From a virus: DNA of 64,000 nucleotides. Made by a program: the position numbers and the translations under genes. The stretch covers positions 14,144 to 78,143 of IMG/VR virus record IMGVR_UViG_3300042561_001378; one strand, written 5' to 3'. The number at the start of each line of letters is the position of its first letter. Positions within the stretch are counted from its first letter, which is position 1. The notes under the pieces were generated by a model, which was not told the DNA's origin, did no database searches, and saw only the letters and a program-made list of their open reading frames with translations. Shown here in pieces: positions 58,733 through 64,000 of this stretch.

Positions 58733-59424
58733 ACATAATCAACATCCCCGAACTAGACGCCATGGGCGATCGCTTTGCGGCCCTACCCATGGCCCCGTTC
58801 CGCCTTACACTGCAAACGATAAAACCTGTAGCAGGCAACGATGCACTGCACCTGGACGGGCTGCTAGCCAAAGCCGTGGTGATAGAGGCGATGCAGGGTA
58901 AACCCTTGCTACCTACCGAAGACGCCTACTACATGCCCTTGCCATTGGGCCTAGAGCGATTGCATCTGGGCTTACCCGTGTGGCAATGCAATGATTTTGC
59001 AGCCGTAGAATCAGCGGTAGGCCATACCCACTACCACCAGCGCAGCGACTCCAACCCCTACGACCCCGCCGCCACAATTGCTACCCTACCCCAGACCAAA
59101 CGCAGACGAATGCCGCCTACAACTGAGGGGCAGTATATGAGCTACCGAGTCCCCCTTCAGTACACTGAGGCCGATTGCTGGCACTGCGAAGCCGTGGGCA
59201 ATGCCGATGAGGTGCTGCGGCTATTGCGCGAATATATCCCCACCGTAGGCAAAAAAGGGGCGCAAGGCTATGGCCGCGCACTAAGTTGGGAGGCTACTCC
59301 GCTGGCCCGTTTTGAGCTACACCGCCCAGTCCCCATTGCTGATACCTCACAGCCCTTCAATGCTCAGATCATGGGGTGGACGCCGCCCTATTGGCATCGC
59401 AGTCTATGGCGACTTTGCGGCTAG
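58729..59424 (+). CDS. csf3: type IV Csf3 (Cas5-like)
   Basis: LHLDGLLA, PLPL, VGKKGAQGYG Gly-loop, RPVP, PPYWH. Confidence 0.85.
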   Translation: MNIINIPELDAMGDRFAALPMAPFRLTLQTIKPVAGNDALHLDGLLAKAVVIEAMQGKPLLPTEDAYYMPLPLGLERLHLGLPVWQCNDFAAVESAVGHTHYHQRSDSNPYDPAATIATLPQTKRRRMPPTTEGQYMSYRVPLQYTEADCWHCEAVGNADEVLRLLREYIPTVGKKGAQGYGRALSWEATPLARFELHRPVPIADTSQPFNAQIMGWTPPYWHRSLWRLCG

Positions 59425-59440
59425 CCCACGGATCTCCCCT

Positions 59441-59500
59441 ATACCCCCAACACAAAGCCCCTGATCCAGCGCTGGATCAGGGGCTTTGTGTTGGGGGTAT
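59441..59500. repeat. perfect 60-bp palindrome
   Basis: atacccccaacacaaagcccctgatccagc|gctggatcaggggctttgtgttgggggtat. Confidence 0.95.
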
Positions 59501-59581
59501 CCCGGCTACTCGCTCAGCCACGTCCGCAGCAGGGCCACCGCCTGGGCCACCGTAGCGCGATCGGCGGGGTCGAGGGTGGGG

Positions 59582-59812
59582 CTATTTTTCGTAAGTCTCC
59601 CCACGTTCCCACGCCTTAGCCCGCTTCACCAAGTTGCCGTAGGCGGGGCTGTTGTGGTGCTCCTCAAGGATGCTGTTGATGTGGCTGGCTAAGGGGATCC
59701 CCTTCTCTTTCGCCACAAGATCCATCTCCTCAAAAGTCTTGGCGCTCAGCGTGATGGTCACTCGGGGGTTCTTGGTCGCCACTTCAGTACCTGGTTCTTC
59801 CACCGCAATCAT
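59582..59812 (-). CDS. CopG/ribbon-helix-helix regulator
   Basis: KNPRVTITLSAKTFEEMDLVAKEKGIPLASHINSILE. Confidence 0.7.
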   Translation of the reverse strand: MIAVEEPGTEVATKNPRVTITLSAKTFEEMDLVAKEKGIPLASHINSILEEHHNSPAYGNLVKRAKAWERGETYEK

Positions 59813-59965
59813 GCCTCAGATAGGGTTCTGAAGCAATTCTACTGCACAAGTGCTGCGAAGGTGCTACAAAAGTGTTGCACTTTTGTAGCGAGCCGTGCTA
59901 CAACTTTATTTGTCGCCGTGAAAGGATGACGAAACATCGTGAAACATCCGTGAAACATTTTTGAG

Positions 59966-60638
59966 ATGGAGCAGCCTACCCGAAAGCAAGCAGAGTCAAT
60001 ACTTTCCGCCGTTCGGTATCCCGGAGAGCGAAAACTAATTAGCCGCACTACCTTCTGGAGGATGTGCAACGTTGCGGGGGTTCCCGACCGGCTAAAAAGA
60101 TTTGACAAGTCTCAATTTCGGAGGCTGTACCGGGTAGCCGAACTTCTATGTGATGGCTACAGCTACGAACAAATCCAATCTTTATTAGGAGTGCAGACCA
60201 ATGACACAAGCAACCGAACGCAACAGCAACAGCAATCCCAACCGGGGGCAGGGGTTTGGGGGGCAGACAGCAACCCCTGGAGCGCATTCTGGGGCTAGTC
60301 CTCAGGCCCAGGTAGCCGCCGAGATCTCACAACTACGAGATCAGGTAAATCAGTCTCTAGGCGGTGCCACGGCAAGCGTTAGCGCGATCGTGGATGAGTA
60401 CCAACGGCAGGCCCAACCCCTTGCAGACGAAGCCTCTGAGCTAATTTACGACATGCTTAGCAACCGTACATTCTTCAACCAGGTCGGGCGCAATGTAGCC
60501 CAGCTAATGGCGCAGCATCCCATGGGTGCGCGGCATGAATTGGGAAAGCCGACATTGAAGCGCTTGTCGTTCGAGCCCTTGAAACCGGGGACTCAACAGA
60601 GCTACTTAACCAGTGCCGTAGACACAACGGAGGGTTAG
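59966..60638 (+). CDS. two hypothetical proteins (59966..60298 HTH-like; 60201..60638)
   Basis: Divergent from the RHH gene. Confidence 0.45.
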
Positions 60639-60850
60639 TTTTAGCCCTGCTAGATGCTTTGACAAACCCTTTGACAAAGGCTTTGACACACTCCCATTTT
60701 CTGAACCCTGTCAAAGCCTTTGTCAATCCGTCAAACGACCATATACCAACGGTTCAGAGCTTTGGCTATTCTTCTGAATCTGAAGCTTTGAAACCCGTTC
60801 AAAGCCCCCTAGGGCACCTTCTCCCCGTTCAAAAAAGTTGTCAAAAACCG

Positions 60851-61360
60851 ATGACCTTTATCTCTGCCCCCTCACGATTCTGGCCCCGTATGAGTGTCTT
60901 GGGTGCCCTTAGCCTGCTGGCTCTAGTGGGCTTTGCTGGGGCCGTCAACACGGTCGGGGTGTGGAACGGGAGTAAGGCTGAGGAGCTGGCCCAGGCCGAC
61001 GAGATGGCCGATGCAGTGGCCGCGATTAAGGCGAAGGAGGCTGAGGTTAAGGCCCAGACTGATCTAGCTACCAGCTACTCAGAACTAGGGCTAGCCCAGG
61101 CCACTTGCGCGGACACCTTGGCTCAGTTCTATTTCCAGCCGGGGGTGTCCCTCGCCGAGCAGTTGCAGCAATGGGGGTTTGACTTTGGGGCACCTCGCTA
61201 CAACGCAGATCAGTGGGTGCCGTTATTTGATAGCGCTGGGTTGTTGTCCGGGGCCGTGCGTCGTGACCCTGCAACAGGGCAGCAAGTTTTTGTTCAGGCC
61301 GACGAGCAGCCGCTAGACCAGTCGGCGATCTGTAATTCCAATCAGCTTACGAAGGAATAG
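60851..61360 (+). CDS. membrane-anchored hypothetical protein
   Basis: N-terminal hydrophobic segment followed by a coiled coil. Confidence 0.55.
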   Translation: MTFISAPSRFWPRMSVLGALSLLALVGFAGAVNTVGVWNGSKAEELAQADEMADAVAAIKAKEAEVKAQTDLATSYSELGLAQATCADTLAQFYFQPGVSLAEQLQQWGFDFGAPRYNADQWVPLFDSAGLLSGAVRRDPATGQQVFVQADEQPLDQSAICNSNQLTKE

Positions 61361-61364
61361 CACA

Positions 61365-62153
61365 ATGACTCAGACCCACCCCACAAAATCAGCCCAGCCC
61401 AAAAAAGCATGGGGGGCTCATGTTCTAGCCCCGATCGCATGGCTGGCAAAATCAGCGGCTTGGCTGACCAATCCCACTGCCCGAGGCGGGTTTCAGTTTT
61501 TGGCCTACACCATGGCAGTAGGTTCCTTAGTGCTCAGTTCGGAGACGGTTTATGTGGCGATGCCATTGAGCCAGTCAGCGGAGCAATCGGGAATCACCAA
61601 CCCCAGGGCATTGCCGAAACCCGGCATTGACGACGGGGCGAACATCGCCTACCTCAACCCCTTCCCAATGTTTTTCAACACGTTGAAGGTAACCTCCAAT
61701 TTTGCTACTAGCTGGCTTCCCTTTCGCACCAGTTTCAAACTCAGTCCAAAGTGGACTCTCTGGGGTGACTTCAATTGGTACATGGCGATCGCTATTGCTG
61801 CGGCGATTGGCGGGGTGGAGGCCATGGCCATTCGCCGCATTGAGCGCAGTTGGGAACATAAATCAGCTAAGTTTCAACGGCTCAATAGCCGCCAAGTCCC
61901 TGACTTAAGCCCTAACGCTATCCTGGCTGCCAAGGCGGCTAGAGCGGAGCTGGTGGCGGAAGGGGTTGGCGATTATGCCTTTATAGCGGCCTTGATTGTA
62001 ATGGTGTACGGGGTGGAATTTTATGCATTTTTTCGTAGCGTCACTGGGATTGAGATCCCAGGCTTTACCCTGACGATTTACGCCTTGATCAACGTGTTTG
62101 GGTTTGAGACTAACTGGAGCATTGCCCAGCGGGCCAGCGAAGAAAAAGAGTAA
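61365..62153 (+). CDS. multi-pass membrane protein
   Basis: Several hydrophobic segments; AAGGA RBS. Confidence 0.65.
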   Translation: MTQTHPTKSAQPKKAWGAHVLAPIAWLAKSAAWLTNPTARGGFQFLAYTMAVGSLVLSSETVYVAMPLSQSAEQSGITNPRALPKPGIDDGANIAYLNPFPMFFNTLKVTSNFATSWLPFRTSFKLSPKWTLWGDFNWYMAIAIAAAIGGVEAMAIRRIERSWEHKSAKFQRLNSRQVPDLSPNAILAAKAARAELVAEGVGDYAFIAALIVMVYGVEFYAFFRSVTGIEIPGFTLTIYALINVFGFETNWSIAQRASEEKE

Positions 62154-62166
62154 AGAGTAGGCCATC

Positions 62167-64000
62167 ATGGAAAACAGCATCGTTGACAGCAACACCTACA
62201 CAGCCCTAATTGACTACCTAAACCACCTCGACAGCGAGGCACGGCAGTCTAAGGGATTCAACGGCCTATTCAAGGTTGCAGGCCTCACTGGGCTGAGCCT
62301 TGGTGGCATGACTATGTTCACCCTTACTGGCTGGGGTGCGCTGGTTCTGGTTGGTTCTGGACTGGGGTACATTGGTTCCCTAGTCGCCGAATCTCGCAAG
62401 ACAGGGAAGGTGATGCCGTTGCCATTCCTCCCCGTAGGGCTTGATGCTGTAGCCCGTGGTGTGGCTCATGTGGGGGGTGGCAGTGATGATTCAGACGAGA
62501 TCATCCCCTACCACTACCTTGATGCTCACCAAAAAAGCGATTACGCACTGCTGTCGGTGCTGTTGCCTGAGATTGCAGTGGCTCTTGAGTTATTGCCTAG
62601 TGATGCCGCACGGCGGGCGGCCTGGTCTAAGATGTCCCGCCGGTTTCATCAGGCCTATGCTTCAGCCGTCAAGGACAATCCAGACATGATCGCCATGGGG
62701 GCCGATAAGGCTGCTCTAGCTCAGTTTGTTTTGGCCAGTGCTGATGAATTGCGGCAAATTGCCATGCAGCCCACGGCCACGGCATTGCCATCCGTGGAAC
62801 CGCCCCCCGCTATTGGCCCTACCACCCAACTCACTGCGGTGGATGTTGCAGCGGTAGCTGTAGAGCCTGACCCATGGGTGAGCACTCCAGCGCCGTCCAT
62901 GCCTGTGGAAGTCTACGCGGCCCAGGTGCCTGTGGTTGAGCAACCGCTAGCCGCTACCCTGTCGGTAGCCAAGACGGCTCTTGAGCAGATTAAGCAGTCA
63001 CCCTATAAGTCGAGGATTTTCTTTGGGGCACAACGATCGGGTAAGTCGATGCTGGTTGCCATTGCTTCAAAGCAATTAGCCGATCGGGGCGTGAAAGTCT
63101 ACCACCTTAACCTGCTGAGCTATGCCAAGGATGGCCTAGACGAAGATGCCAAGTACACCCAGCACTGCGTCAAGTCGGTGCGCGGCGACATCTCAAAGAT
63201 GAGTGACCAGGAAGTTACTTGGCTAGTGACTCAGTCAATCGCGCTGGTGAATGAATGGTGGGTTCAAGATAACGCGATCCTGATTGTTGATGAATGGGCC
63301 TACCTAGCTGCTAAAGATTGCCAATTTGCCCTGATGATTCAGCCATTGGTGGGGCTTATTGCCGGGAAGATGTCAGCGCTCAACAGCAGCGGCATGAAGC
63401 GTACTTTAGCGGTGTGGGCCGTCGCACCAAAGATGGTGGCTGGCAACCTCACTGAAAGCGGTAAGTCCATCAAGTCGATGGAATGTGTCTACGTCACCGT
63501 GCCCCCGGCTCAGACCGTAGACTGGCAAGGGCAGGGTGTTGGATTTGACGAACAGTTGTTCGACCAGGTCAGCAATAACTACGCCATCACCCGGCCTACT
63601 ATTCCTGATTCGGCTAGCAGCCGGATTGCATTTGTCGGTGATCGCTGGCTGCCCCTAGGCACTACTCCAGACATGCTGGCTGAGCCCTTAGCCCACCCTC
63701 GCCAACTCGCTATTCCTACCATGCCCCAGGGCGCTGTAGCCGTAGCCGAGCCCCTGGTGCAGTCTGCCCCCATTTCCCTGTTTGATGAGCCTCAATACCC
63801 AGAAATCACGGCACTGATCCCTAAGTGCGATGAAGTTACGGCTGGGATCTTGAAATGGTTGGTCAAGCTGGGCAACGGAGCCGAAGTCACCACGTCGATC
63901 GCGGCGGTGGATGCCTGGGTAAAAACTGCTATTCGCTTGGGCAAAATACCCAATCACAAGGCTGAGAGCATCACTCCGTTTCTGGCAAAACTTGAGGCAT
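62167..64000 (+). CDS. membrane-anchored P-loop ATPase (FtsK/HerA/TraB-like), 3' truncated by window
   Basis: Frame 1 appears open from ATG 62167 to the window end; N-terminal TM segments; FFGAQRSGKS (Walker A, about 63020); ILIVDEW (Walker B). Not in the ORF track because no stop is reached. Confidence 0.75.
   Translation, partial: MENSIVDSNTYTALIDYLNHLDSEARQSKGFNGLFKVAGLTGLSLGGMTMFTLTGWGALVLVGSGLGYIGSLVAESRKTGKVMPLPFLPVGLDAVARGVAHVGGGSDDSDEIIPYHYLDAHQKSDYALLSVLLPEIAVALELLPSDAARRAAWSKMSRRFHQAYASAVKDNPDMIAMGADKAALAQFVLASADELRQIAMQPTATALPSVEPPPAIGPTTQLTAVDVAAVAVEPDPWVSTPAPSMPVEVYAAQVPVVEQPLAATLSVAKTALEQIKQSPYKSRIFFGAQRSGKSMLVAIASKQLADRGVKVYHLNLLSYAKDGLDEDAKYTQHCVKSVRGDISKMSDQEVTWLVTQSIALVNEWWVQDNAILIVDEWAYLAAKDCQFALMIQPLVGLIAGKMSALNSSGMKRTLAVWAVAPKMVAGNLTESGKSIKSMECVYVTVPPAQTVDWQGQGVGFDEQLFDQVSNNYAITRPTIPDSASSRIAFVGDRWLPLGTTPDMLAEPLAHPRQLAIPTMPQGAVAVAEPLVQSAPISLFDEPQYPEITALIPKCDEVTAGILKWLVKLGNGAEVTTSIAAVDAWVKTAIRLGKIPNHKAESITPFLAKLEA

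Larger units (their letters stand above)
1..64000. mobile_element. cyanobacterial prophage / phage-plasmid (ends not in window)
   Basis: Head and tail genes, replication genes and an integrase; frequent HIP1 GCGATCGC; no host housekeeping genes. Confidence 0.85.

Noticed and set aside
59441-59500. Mini CRISPR array for the type IV-B module
   Set aside because: It is an inverted repeat with no spacer, whereas CRISPR repeats are direct.

Overview
This window is about 64 kb of a temperate siphovirus-like prophage or phage-plasmid from a cyanobacterium; HIP1 octamers (GCGATCGC) are frequent throughout. Layout: tail genes on + (1.2-9.9 kb, including a -1 frameshift tail chaperone and a tape measure); an accessory island (10-16 kb); head and packaging genes on - (16-29.5 kb: LRR surface protein, P22-like coat, scaffold, portal, terminases, radical SAM, ParB-like); morons sharing one promoter; a stand-alone EAL gene; an immunity region; replication genes (helicase, TOPRIM primase, D5-like helicase); C5 and N6 DNA methyltransferases; a large serine recombinase; an array-less type IV-B CRISPR-Cas module (csf1, csf2, cysH, cupin, csf3); and a membrane-protein/P-loop ATPase cluster that runs off the right edge. 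The most striking feature is at 10.1-12.8 kb. A solo RAMP/Cas7-like gene and one accessory gene are followed by 10 tandem mini transcription units. Each unit has a -10 box (units 2-10), then 12-28 in-phase CTC-NN pentamers, then a GNRA-capped terminator hairpin. This looks like a non-CRISPR RNA-guided system whose guide information lies in the variable dinucleotides. All protein assignments come from motif recognition by eye; no database search was run.
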